A stretch of 64,000 nt of DNA from a virus. Positions 28,901 through 36,307 of the stretch are shown here, one piece after another (within the stretch, counting starts at the first letter, position 1; each line of letters starts with the position of its first letter). The notes beneath the pieces are model-generated. The model did no database searches and was not told the origin of the DNA. It was given only the letters and a program-made list of their open reading frames with translations. A program made the translations under genes and the position numbers. The stretch spans positions 5,459-69,458 of the IMG/VR virus record IMGVR_UViG_3300032252_000001. The stretch is one strand, 5' to 3'.

Positions 28901-31900
28901 ACACCCCCTTGTAAGATGCCAAGTCGCCGCCCTCACGCAGCAGCCTCTTGACTGTTATCGAATCGTTAAGAGGTCCTTCCCCACGCTCCTGCGCTAAGGC
29001 AATCAAGCCTTCCGTACCGGTATTGGCAAACACCTCATAAAGATCAGCAAACACCTGCTCTTCGCTAACACCCTTCATCGGGACGTACGCAGCGCCAAGG
29101 GCTGAGGCCGCAGCTTTAATGAACTCCCTGCGGCTCATCTTTGGCATAGCCGCTTCTACGGCTGGTATTGTTTTCTTGTCTTCGGGTATCGTCAGCTTGA
29201 CTGCGCCAGTGGTTGTGTTGCCACCGTACTGCGCCGTCCTTTCACGAAGCGCTTCGACAATTGCGCCGATCTCCTTATCGCCATCCGCTACTTCAGTTCC
29301 AGTAAGCGACAACAGACCGGTCCTGCTGAAGACCAGCGTTGAGCCAGCCTCTGTCGTGGCTGTATAGCTGCCATCGCTTAGAGACTGGATTTGCCCAGTG
29401 ATACTGAACGCTTTGCCCTTGTTTTGGTGAGCGTATGCGCCACCGGGCCGGATTGTGATTTGAGCCTTCTTGGATTTTGGTGTGACCTTCTTTGGCTTAG
29501 CAGAAGGAATAACCTTGTTAGCCTCTGGATCAAATACCAACACGCTACCGTCTTTAAGTTCGACGGTAATTGAATTGATCTCGTCATCCTTCTTTGGCTT
29601 AGCTTTCGTTTCAGCCGTCTCTTGTGGCTTCTCCCAGCGTTTCTGCCGCTCTTGAATTAAGGCTGACTGGAAAAGACGAAGCTCTGTTTCCAGATTGTTT
29701 TGCTTCTCAAAGTTCAGCACCAGCTCTTTGTTGACCGGATGCTCTCTGTTCTCTCGCTTCTCAGGCTTCATCTTTTTGCGCTGTTTGAGAAGGGCCTCTT
29801 CGCGCCTGATGAGCTTGTTAAGTTTTTGTCTGGTTTTTATAGCCTGTGTTTCTAATCGCTTTTCGACCCCGCCCTTCGAGAACGAACCGTAAGGTCTGCG
29901 AGACTCCCACGGAGCAGGTTTCTTTGTGAACGCAGTAACCCGACCAGTCTGAATCTTTCCGTTTTCATCAATGACCTCGACCGTATCGCCTTCCCTGATG
30001 CGATACTTCAATGAGTTCCAGCTGACCGTTTTCATGCCGTACTTCAGGCCGCGCTTCGCCTCTGCAATAATTGCATCAGCAAACAAGAAAACACCGTGTG
30101 ACGGATCGTCCATTGAGAAAATGCCACGAACGTACTGCGCACCAAATGGCAGCGACAGCATTTCATCGAACTGATTTGGCGAAATTTGTTCGAGCTGCGT
30201 GTAGTCGTTTACCAATGTAATTGGTGGGTTGCCCTTGTTCGTTGACGGCAAAAACCCCTCGACCGTCTCTTCGACCCAGCCCATGTGTTCCTCGTCAACT
30301 TCAGGTTGTTTCCCGAACAGCTGACTCTGGTAATACATGTCACCAGAAAGGACATACTGATCCCAATCTTCCTCGACATACGTGCCGGTTGATTTATTTA
30401 GCTGGTCATCATTGAACTTGTCGAAGTCTTTACTCATCGCGAAAAGAGGCATCTGCGGTGAGTCTTCGGCCTGTGTAACCCGAAGCGACGGCGGGGTAGC
30501 GCCTGCAACACGAGAATCCGCACGTTCACCAGAGGTTATGCGACGATCTTTTTCTTCCTGAAGTGCTGCGTCAGCCGAATCAAAGTCAGCCCCATATCCA
30601 ACAGACACCTGAACCTTGACGCTTTTTCCGGCCTCTTCGATACGAGGCAGCTGATTGATTCTCGATACTGCCTTCTCAACAATTGACTGAAGTTTGTCTG
30701 CATCAGGGTGCGTGACAATGAACTCATCGCCACCATACCTGTAGGCTTCCGCACCGCCGCCCATTGAGTTGATCTCATTGGCAATCTGCCGAAGCATTTG
30801 TGTGCCAGCACTATGACTGAGGTTATCGTTGATCCACTTCAGAGCGTCTGCATCAAGGACCGCTACCGGCTTACCTTCGTTTTTATCTTGATTCCACTTG
30901 CGTTTGTTCCAGAGGTTGGTGTCTGGATCACGCATAACCTGCTCTTCAAACTCCTGCTCTGTCAGATGCTGATACGCCTCGCGTAACTTCTTATCTTCGC
31001 GGCGCTCACCACCTGAGTAGCCGGATTCAATCTTGTTCCTCATGTCCACAGCCTGAGCGGCAAGCTCTTCTCTTGCTCGAACTCCACGCTGCGTTAGCAT
31101 GAACGTATCGCCACGCTGGTTCCATGTGCCGTAGCCAGCCTTCGCTAGTTCCTCATACGCTGCCTCATCAAGAATCTCGCCCTTCTGCACAGCAGACATT
31201 TCATCAACTAAGCGCAGGTTCTCATCAATCAAACCAACTTCTCTTTCAACCTGCTTTCTTGCCTCTTCCCTCTCTGCCTGCGCTCTCTTCTCTTCAAGCA
31301 GCTGGCGCTTGGCGAGCTGTCTGCTCTTGCGCCGCTTGGCAATCATCGCAGCATCTTTCTTGTAGCCCTCTACTCTTTTGTCGTGTTCGAGCAGGGCTTC
31401 AGGGCTTGCTCCATTCTTTTCCATCAGGCTGCGAACTCGTTTGCGCACTGACAGGAAGGCGTTGGCTTCTTTCTCTTGAAGGCGCTCCAGCTCGATCATT
31501 GCTGTCACCTGATCCTGTGGTGAAGCGTCCTTTGCAAACTTGGTGTTCGGACCTTTCTTGTTCTGATACTTCCAGCGCTCATTAGCAGCATTAACCCACG
31601 GCTGTGAGTCACGAATGAGCGCGTCATATTCTTTGGCAACGCCAGCGCCCTTGTCGCTTTGTATACCACCAATTGCGCCGTACGGCCCTGACACGAACGC
31701 TGCTGCTGCCATCGCCTCAGCAACACCCTCGAACGGGCCAACCTCTGGATCAACCTTCATCACTTTGAGGTTGCTTGCGATCTGCTCGACGCTTTCCTGA
31801 CCCATCTCCTGAGCAATCTCGCCAATAGCATTCTTGCCCATACGCGCCAGTATGCTGTCCTTCGCTGCCTGACGAGCGCCAGACCGACCTACTGTCTGAC

Positions 31901-33200
31901 CATAGACCGCGCCCATTGGTGTGCCGAGTAGCGCACCAGATATGACCATAGCCATCTCAGCCGCTGAATTGGCATAGCTATAACCGATGAGCTGCTTGGC
32001 CTCTTCCGGCATCAAGCCAGCTGCTACAAAGTTCTGATAGTCCTCGTTCTGGTCCCACTTATCCTGCGTCATTTGGTCGCTTTCAAGACGGCTCTGCGTT
32101 TCATTGAAAACCGCATCACGAATAAGAACCATCTCAGTCGCACCACCGGCAGCTGCACCGCCGACTCGTGCGCCTACCTTCTGTAGCTTTTGAATCTCTT
32201 CCATGGTGGAGAGTGGTCCACCAAACTTCCGAACCGAGTAGCCAGCACCGACCTTACCGCCAATTCTTGAGGAAACAATCATTCCACCGATCATTGGTGC
32301 CTGCTCGATGGTGGCATTAAAGATACCCCTGATACCCTTAGTCTTATCATCAAACGGTGAGAACCACGTCAGCGGGTTCCACGTCGCCTCTGGGTCGAGG
32401 AACGGCAGCTCATCTTCTGCTCGCGCAGCGTCGCTGTATTCCTTACGAAGATCAGCCAGCGACTGGGCCATCTCGTTTGCGGCATCTTCAGCAGCTGCAT
32501 CATCTTCGTACATGATCGGGCGTACAACAGCTTCATAGATACCTTGCGTGTTTGGTATGAAGCCAGCACCGACTGGGGATACACCCTGTGATTTTAGCGA
32601 ACCGCCAATCAGCTCGTCGGCCATAGGGAATGCGGCCTGACCGGTTGGCTCGTTTTCATCGCCCTCTTGATAGCCCATCATTTCTCGGAGCTTCTTGCTC
32701 CAGACGGTTCGCGGGAGCCACTGCCCCTCTTCTTTGTACGTTCCGTAGAAGTCTTGCGCAGCACGGTCAAACTCGCGCCACTCCATCTTACCGACCTTCT
32801 TTCCAGCCAGAGACTCAATACCCGCTATGTCGGGTTCCGGCAGCTGAGCAACAACCTTGTCGAGCGTCATATCACGCAACGATTTTTCGGACTCGCTGCG
32901 AATAACAGGGCCTTGCACAAACTGACGACCACCAATCTTGGCAGCAGTCCACGCATCCCCTAATGCGCCCTTGTTCTGCTGAACAGCAGGCAGCGTTTTG
33001 CCCTGAGCCTCTGCCATGATCTCTTCAAAGGATCGAGTCTCTTGCCTGCGATCACTATGCGTCGTCTCAGCAATAGCTGGCACCTCATCTGGAAGATCAG
33101 GCTCAGGATCAATTTGCTGTTTGACAGCAGCCTCTTTGCCCTTCTGGGCAGCTTCGGCCTCTGCCATGATCTCTTCAAATGTGCGGGTCTTTTCTGCCAT
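19968..33200 (-). CDS. giant polyvalent internal-virion (ejection) protein with GGDEF, zincin-like HExxGH and C-terminal LPD38-like regions
   Basis: 4410 aa; follows ejection-type genes; DADALKWINDNLSHSAG...RYGGDEF; HETVGHFG; DWDKDAYFHWW...RLPKGFEVG. Confidence 0.85.
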   Translation of the reverse strand: MAEKTRTFEEIMAEAEAAQKGKEAAVKQQIDPEPDLPDEVPAIAETTHSDRRQETRSFEEIMAEAQGKTLPAVQQNKGALGDAWTAAKIGGRQFVQGPVIRSESEKSLRDMTLDKVVAQLPEPDIAGIESLAGKKVGKMEWREFDRAAQDFYGTYKEEGQWLPRTVWSKKLREMMGYQEGDENEPTGQAAFPMADELIGGSLKSQGVSPVGAGFIPNTQGIYEAVVRPIMYEDDAAAEDAANEMAQSLADLRKEYSDAARAEDELPFLDPEATWNPLTWFSPFDDKTKGIRGIFNATIEQAPMIGGMIVSSRIGGKVGAGYSVRKFGGPLSTMEEIQKLQKVGARVGGAAAGGATEMVLIRDAVFNETQSRLESDQMTQDKWDQNEDYQNFVAAGLMPEEAKQLIGYSYANSAAEMAMVISGALLGTPMGAVYGQTVGRSGARQAAKDSILARMGKNAIGEIAQEMGQESVEQIASNLKVMKVDPEVGPFEGVAEAMAAAAFVSGPYGAIGGIQSDKGAGVAKEYDALIRDSQPWVNAANERWKYQNKKGPNTKFAKDASPQDQVTAMIELERLQEKEANAFLSVRKRVRSLMEKNGASPEALLEHDKRVEGYKKDAAMIAKRRKSRQLAKRQLLEEKRAQAEREEARKQVEREVGLIDENLRLVDEMSAVQKGEILDEAAYEELAKAGYGTWNQRGDTFMLTQRGVRAREELAAQAVDMRNKIESGYSGGERREDKKLREAYQHLTEQEFEEQVMRDPDTNLWNKRKWNQDKNEGKPVAVLDADALKWINDNLSHSAGTQMLRQIANEINSMGGGAEAYRYGGDEFIVTHPDADKLQSIVEKAVSRINQLPRIEEAGKSVKVQVSVGYGADFDSADAALQEEKDRRITSGERADSRVAGATPPSLRVTQAEDSPQMPLFAMSKDFDKFNDDQLNKSTGTYVEEDWDQYVLSGDMYYQSQLFGKQPEVDEEHMGWVEETVEGFLPSTNKGNPPITLVNDYTQLEQISPNQFDEMLSLPFGAQYVRGIFSMDDPSHGVFLFADAIIAEAKRGLKYGMKTVSWNSLKYRIREGDTVEVIDENGKIQTGRVTAFTKKPAPWESRRPYGSFSKGGVEKRLETQAIKTRQKLNKLIRREEALLKQRKKMKPEKRENREHPVNKELVLNFEKQNNLETELRLFQSALIQERQKRWEKPQETAETKAKPKKDDEINSITVELKDGSVLVFDPEANKVIPSAKPKKVTPKSKKAQITIRPGGAYAHQNKGKAFSITGQIQSLSDGSYTATTEAGSTLVFSRTGLLSLTGTEVADGDKEIGAIVEALRERTAQYGGNTTTGAVKLTIPEDKKTIPAVEAAMPKMSRREFIKAAASALGAAYVPMKGVSEEQVFADLYEVFANTGTEGLIALAQERGEGPLNDSITVKRLLREGGDLASYKGVLRPDNMSDESWERAASQAYELLQNERWLKNLLGREELEMPAAPERTEKPMPDFYLGRFKHSGENKWYDNLGNEEAAEDEKLTKDHVQTVVADTVMHETVGHFGIRGLTQDYETYIKLTHEMVDAFPEVVDALRSLGYNYRTDINKGEDLNRANKALLGEEVMAWTAGELLSKPEMKGMTLEQQSVVRRFITWFKEQLIQMGWGKFDRKIRAAQIRAARRRMYNSPSKYYRDKARKELYGNGDQKGLVYVGTSGTRKGKYKKGKQRKPGVVIRSRSGFLNDKDLLNIIARSHDAIVKGHSKWQFKDFQGQNHNLYMRDMEIFRKPIHDVLLNGTREREAEERLTEEDLQPAPPVPTLAEAYEQVTGKAMPEGWRPLTPGDFKDESKRLEAEEQARLEAEGVTGGDLKKAMGMFKRENNPKALFEAATGNMSEEERGLAGKVQSVISQAKKEVQRKENLIRSKKAKIEAGERQYGEAFNQDRIPVFPEVASIQGFLDAARAALPTATSRGSISEMELEAAGFMERLWPSRFGDMASAIANDERLAERLGINAKRVAELKQPGVQMTEKEAASLVEFMKSLNEANDTMAMSELNYTEEQLDVKLMMQNNNLNVGDFVPHMGRYALSQQNPVLTTLNLILGENHPLTESYGKALSDLASADPATREKARNRLLDIQNAPIDVTKVQLPKDWLASRIETPVYEVSVSAPLRVPLDWGIHYQRLYGSPPPGQFNDYSDLPVAQARAIRAEMDKDREQGVDIGYDENLDRWITAETDYETRNYYPSLMPLYNVPHTYRGAVFWQTPANGVTTDHFDYARYRAESDSFGYEGNAGVWGHVRYAENYDADTNAPTAPNPDKQGRALHWHESQADHAQRGAKRYASREQEVEAAKQASEDGRALQAMFNSYLNEYLSELDRAFLDEFQLAMDRIDDDEFQEFLDDVLGPEKGEFLKDEDIELAKQLFVADLYDRDNTVFPFVDDFETALGVARGELDDGLLNYASYNEQPQQDQDDLRRDRVAQASPLKMGFIGDARMFEWNDNRAMNNILGRLLTAGRSRADQVLNWSNRTDFKQNIEKLRTGGYNIYDAYQNGVISKNRLHTSNELGGPDSNNMPGHRIPFMPDLAKRSLSTFLKNFAGLDPLEIERRVNERFDEISKQKVKTVRLDVNDIASRLTDSLGRAIEPSMIWNQIKLFAANPWARQFSARVEYASGTGEASVMGYGTDEMLEAFEADFLPELKKLMRAKTTESNLQEVENKIVQKREQLSQRFSYERDRMSVWRNELNIQAAHLRVSDDPNEPFQHKNDERANGLSVAESLAVMEKYGVESFAEYVKRDWADIWANSTPAEKRSYEEEGGSEDTPTPQWYERYAESWNDSSPGVFTFRVPINFGSDGLPNDYRPMAIVKEKLGSRWRWYEVLDEDTGDYGQALYVFSWSRMTTGFGAYLYDYYGSHYDVDSAAGEVFPDNRSFGITRDASKEIQKELDELEERKKRGVAEDSKKFDAALDGIDAIMQSGEFDDMEAAFLRIIDSHKRSGYQKQHLIEKNEQWRTAQMLWAITEAVRNGYARIHLAPGSESGSRGGYGRTASNSAYFVHSANEAKFELVQKSIRGQKRDIIIMKADTFQDPLWIDITEDRLLPLNPDRNMPDVIENENEGYFSPSLARQVGRDVAEAIATKLRTSGQAASNKTLLISKTKWSGNQQQLLESWLVHDTEGNILEIAASEEEANKVRQKIYDGDKTLGGESTPSGTVTAEDVGGPIQFNKTYYAGSPAYRYDHASPSHYQHTFARPSYEGGRANYDMVLPARMNGYLKRFGLKIEEGWAKVTKTKELDVMYAGGGRITYTVPATVTDQYPNIKIDEITGENYGFIVNSDNGVVIPTVFSSRERAETHLRSWLEAQSTDTDGRVKVMQITLNDEIRKAHSRPQNPFLGVKYQVNSNKQLKSALSKIGAKEPSLLDRFNDWRRTWKASMNISIFDRFYGVLYALNMTGSSSEGYKLMRLTTGLDAIMKGVFEYGHPVWSNGVVTNEGRGLLKILEPVADHVDYWAGYMAGVRAKRLLMEGYEKLGANDKAILDRAAGDYPGADANERLFNLLADATKVDQFAETEESLVGASWNTRKEWVKSRMKSEGLSKMQAEEAFEDQLAKDSLRKTEAQIAEEREPANGLPVNVNTAIKRLINAGRERNFTPADIKELIKFGDDFPSFQQVAEDYADFNKKMLDFAEEAGVINPETRPLWEEADYIPFYRIADDRLVGPLAKTNGVANQNSPAAKHLKGGTQNVGDLVHNIFINATNLMDASIKNNAARNVVDTLVPTGLMRQEKINQPPVDMEDIRRVLARNEMNLDDLEEQVQLGLQTMFSAVPDVGAGVISILRDGKKEYYRTEDELLFRSLAAVNMEAFGAWLNPIMKPARFSKRFLTASITLDPGFMLANYIRDSMSAYVLSRDHFVPMVSGVKGFKEAITEGDTYKAMVASGAAFESGLINQGDPKSTHKYIQSKMKDAGFQKTLLNTPRKMLNAWKRLGSATENANRIAIYQAAKAAGKSDLEALYEAKDIMDFSMSGDSAAIQLLIQTVPFMGARLQGLHRLGRGAAENPKAFFAKGMLIGVAGIALWLRYRDDPRYDELEDWDKDAYFHWWIGDQHFRLPKGFEVGAIFNTLPERIMEAIYSDETDAGKFLMRRLGHMMLETFNMNPIPQIAKPAIEIAANYDFFRKRSIESPYERNMLPEDRHSVYTSETMRALSALFPEGVNTKWYGDIKSPKQLEHAWNGYTGTIGRMLLNISDVGMRHLMDYPVAPDWDLSDLPVLGRIYRGDRPRRTRYEEEFYREANTAVEILGSMNKAKRGEDDPRFDELEEYYGDYVDRAKELESYKREISGINKEIREVRMDPDKNRKQKRKELDELQLDKNEIFKEAYENRPAANKDDKPQSNNIDTLIDNYNSTSPEANEELRVRAPQTSELLAGVNNLSPAQLDRLSKAANYKPREQA

Positions 33201-33206
33201 TAGATG

Positions 33207-34541
33207 TTACTCAGGGTTAGCGAAGAGGGCTGTATATTCATTCCATTCTTGTTCGGTTGGCTCCCTGCCAAGCTGCTCTTTAAGCTGCTCTCTTGTGTAC
33301 ATTGTTGGCCCAGAGTTAGCGCCACCACCTTGGCCACCGCCACTCAGCGCACCGGCACCTATATCGTCAGCACCAATACCAAGAACAGATAGAGACTCAT
33401 TGAAGAACTTCTCTCTAAGATTTGGAATGTCTGCTCTCCTGACTTCCCGCTTCGTATAGGTCTTACCACCAACGGTGATTGTTGCGTTTTCGTCACGCTC
33501 GAATGCCTGCCACGCAGAGAAGGCCATCTCTCTCGCACGTTGCGGGTCTTGCCCAAGAATAACGAATCGCTTGGCCTTTTCTGGTGAGTATCCCATAGCA
33601 ATCAGTTGATCAATGCGCCACTTATCCACAGGCGGTCTACCTGTCAATGCGGCTGGCTTCGCTGGAGTACCATCAGGATTCAAAACAGGTGTATCGTAAC
33701 TCTGCGTTTCAGGGTTCCACTTCATGATCCCTTGGTCAGTGCTAATCGTATCCGCACCTCGCTTACCAGCTGTCTCTGCTTTGGTGATTGATTCAAGGTC
33801 ACGTCGTGCGCCTTCCTCAGCCATCGTCTGCTGCTTCATCTTGCGCTCGTAATCCTGATCTTTACGCTGCTGAACTCCCTGCAAGGCACCCATGCCTGCT
33901 GCACCCAGCGCCCCCATGTCACCCATAGTCTCACCAGCCATCATGGCACGAAGACCAAAGTCCATAAGCACCATGCCCATGTCCTCTTTCGGAATGACGT
34001 TAAAGATGTTCTTCCAGCGATCCTTCAGCTTGGTGTGATACTTCTTGTCAATTACACCTTCTTTGTACAGCTGCTCAGCGCGAGCCAGCCGTTGATCTCG
34101 AAGCTGCTCCAACGCTTTCCGTGGGTCAGCACCCTGCGCTGCCAGCGCCTCATTGAGCTTCATCTTTTTATCGACAACACCCAGCTGCGCCAAGTCAGGG
34201 TCACCCTGCGGCAACGCACCACCAGCCGTACCGTTTGCCGTGTGCTTGATAGACTTTTCGATCTCTTCCTCGACGTTCTCTGGAATTTTGCTATCTGGCG
34301 TTCCCCTATCTTTCGTATAGTCAGGCATCTGACCACCAGCAGTCTGACCACCAGCAGTAGGCTCAGGGGCAACATTACCCCCACCAGCACCCTGTGCATC
34401 GCCAGCCGGTGCCGCAGGGGTTGTGCGAGCATTTATGGTTGGATCGACGCTGCCGGATGGTGATGGGGGTAAATTCTGCTCATCGTCTTTGTATTGCGCC
34501 AGCGCTCCACCGGCCCTGTTGATTGCGTCAAGTACGCTCAT
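33207..34541 (-). CDS. putative internal virion / DNA ejection protein
   Basis: Position; G/A-rich hydrophobic patch (LGAAGMGALQG) followed by coiled coil. Confidence 0.65.
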   Translation of the reverse strand: MSVLDAINRAGGALAQYKDDEQNLPPSPSGSVDPTINARTTPAAPAGDAQGAGGGNVAPEPTAGGQTAGGQMPDYTKDRGTPDSKIPENVEEEIEKSIKHTANGTAGGALPQGDPDLAQLGVVDKKMKLNEALAAQGADPRKALEQLRDQRLARAEQLYKEGVIDKKYHTKLKDRWKNIFNVIPKEDMGMVLMDFGLRAMMAGETMGDMGALGAAGMGALQGVQQRKDQDYERKMKQQTMAEEGARRDLESITKAETAGKRGADTISTDQGIMKWNPETQSYDTPVLNPDGTPAKPAALTGRPPVDKWRIDQLIAMGYSPEKAKRFVILGQDPQRAREMAFSAWQAFERDENATITVGGKTYTKREVRRADIPNLREKFFNESLSVLGIGADDIGAGALSGGGQGGGANSGPTMYTREQLKEQLGREPTEQEWNEYTALFANPE

Positions 34542-34553
34542 TTTGTTCTCCTG

Positions 34554-35531
34554 TTAGCCCCCGCCGGGGGTGCTGCCCTGCGTGAAGAAGTCCGGTACGC
34601 CACTAGCGAAGTTACCAACAGCGCTGCCACCCATCGCGCCACCAGCCCCACCAGCAGCTGCTTTAGCAACACCACCAACAGCCAACGATGTACCGCCAGT
34701 AAAGAACGCACCTACCATGGTTGCCGCAAGACCCAAAGCCTGAGCAACCTCACCGCCACTCTGTTTGCTGGTGGTTTCTTTAGACGTTTGGTAGGAACCT
34801 TTGGTGCCCTCAAGCGCAGCAATAAGACCGCTGAGGTTACGCATATCCCAATCACGCTCTTCAACAAACTGCTGGTAGTCGAAGTCACGCATAGCTTGCT
34901 GAATATTGCGGTCAGTTGCGCCAGTCGTCATCAAGGTAGCAATATCCAGCCTGCTGGCATTGCTGACTGTATCCCCGAGGCTTCTGAAGCGATCAGCCGC
35001 CTGCATGTCTCTGGCTCGCTCGTCACCCCAGATATTCACGGCACTTTCGTATGCCATGGCATACCCCTTGCCGTACAGGTCCTGAACTGACTGAAGGGTC
35101 TTCTCGCGATTCTCAGAGCGCATGAGAGCCGCCCTGCTGCCACCAAAGGCATCCATTGACGCTGACCTTGAGTCAAGCCGGTTCGCCTCTCGCTGGCCTT
35201 CCTCTCGTATCTCGCGAGCCGCTGGGTCTAAAGCACCCTTGATGTACGGGTTCATGTACTGCGACATGTCGGCATCAGCGAACTGCTGAGTGCCACGCTG
35301 GATCATTGCTTCAGACTGATTGAAGTACGGCTGGCCGATGCCCACATTATCGCGAGCCATCTCCATACCCATTCGCTCATTTTCGGAAAGGCCAGCAACA
35401 CGGTCACCCGTATAGGCTTCATATTTCTGACTGCCTATCTTTTGGCCAAGCCTGTTGGCCTGTTTAGCTGAATCTTGAATCCAGCTAGGCGGCTTGTACG
35501 TCTCCGTTGTCTTGCTTTTCTTGCTGCCCAT
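34554..35531 (-). CDS. putative DNA transfer / ejection protein
   Basis: MGSKKSKTT start, YMNPY, AFGGSRA motifs, C-terminal G/A-rich hydrophobic tail. Confidence 0.75.
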   Translation of the reverse strand: MGSKKSKTTETYKPPSWIQDSAKQANRLGQKIGSQKYEAYTGDRVAGLSENERMGMEMARDNVGIGQPYFNQSEAMIQRGTQQFADADMSQYMNPYIKGALDPAAREIREEGQREANRLDSRSASMDAFGGSRAALMRSENREKTLQSVQDLYGKGYAMAYESAVNIWGDERARDMQAADRFRSLGDTVSNASRLDIATLMTTGATDRNIQQAMRDFDYQQFVEERDWDMRNLSGLIAALEGTKGSYQTSKETTSKQSGGEVAQALGLAATMVGAFFTGGTSLAVGGVAKAAAGGAGGAMGGSAVGNFASGVPDFFTQGSTPGGG

Positions 35532-35991
35532 CCTGCTCACTCCTTCTGGTCCTGATAAAGTCACCACCAATGTAGTGGTAACCCTCCATCTGGAATAAAC
35601 GGTCTTTCAAGAAAACGTCTTTGTCACCAGCCGACACACCAGCAAGAATTGGTGCATCGTGTGAGTCAGCGAATGCGTGACATCCCTTGATAAGCGCATC
35701 GAATGCCCCACCCTTGCGGAATTTCTTCTGCACGAACAGCCATTCCAGATACATGAATTGCTCTGGCGACCACGGAAAATTGTAGTTGGTCAATGCTAGT
35801 GTTCCCACTATCCGACCGGACACATCAGCTACTATGACGTAGCCTTCTGTCAGGGTGCGGGTGACCCACTTCAAACCCATGTGCTGATCGACGGATGGGT
35901 AAACGCCTGATTCGTCGTGTGCTGCGGTGAGAAGCCGCACCAGATTCGACGTGTCCAAGGGCTTAGCCTGTCTGATCTTAATAGTCGTCAT
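35485..35991 (-). CDS. GNAT-family acetyltransferase
   Basis: IRQAK..D, LFVQKKFRKGGAFDALI acetyl-CoA motif A, FQMEGY. Confidence 0.85.
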   Translation of the reverse strand: MTTIKIRQAKPLDTSNLVRLLTAAHDESGVYPSVDQHMGLKWVTRTLTEGYVIVADVSGRIVGTLALTNYNFPWSPEQFMYLEWLFVQKKFRKGGAFDALIKGCHAFADSHDAPILAGVSAGDKDVFLKDRLFQMEGYHYIGGDFIRTRRSEQDGQQEKQDNGDVQAA

Positions 35992-35992
35992 T

Positions 35993-36118
35993 TTACCCCT
36001 TCTTTGTAAAATTTTGCCACAGATTGATAATCCAGACCCGCAGCCGGTCTTCGATTTCAGGTGGAGTCAGGGCAACAATTAGCCCTCCAGCCACCATTCC
36101 AAGCACAAAAGTCAGCAT
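35993..36118 (-). CDS. small membrane protein (41 aa, not in ORF track)
   Basis: MLTFVLGMVAGGLIVALTPP...; GGGGA RBS. Confidence 0.55.
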   Translation of the reverse strand: MLTFVLGMVAGGLIVALTPPEIEDRLRVWIINLWQNFTKKG

Positions 36119-36127
36119 GATCTTCCC

Positions 36128-36298
36128 CTATTTCCGATGCGTCTCGCCACCAGTGCCGCCACTACCACCGCCGCCACCGCTGCCTTTCGGCTTGCGATTG
36201 CTCTTGACGAATCGGCTGACGATAAAAATAACGAAGACAGCCACAGCGCCAACCGCGACCCACTCTCCAGTACCCATGTTTGCGATCATTTCACTCAT
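36128..36298 (-). CDS. small membrane protein with Gly-rich tail (56 aa, not in ORF track)
   Basis: WVAVGAVAVFVIFIV TM helix; AGGAG RBS. Confidence 0.6.
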   Translation of the reverse strand: MSEMIANMGTGEWVAVGAVAVFVIFIVSRFVKSNRKPKGSGGGGGSGGTGGETHRK

Positions 36299-36307
36299 AT
36301 TCTTCTC

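Noticed and set aside
35485-35991. GNAT next to ejection genes as a novel toxin or modification system
   Set aside because: A GNAT-fold gene at this position is a common feature of podovirus-type morphogenesis modules.
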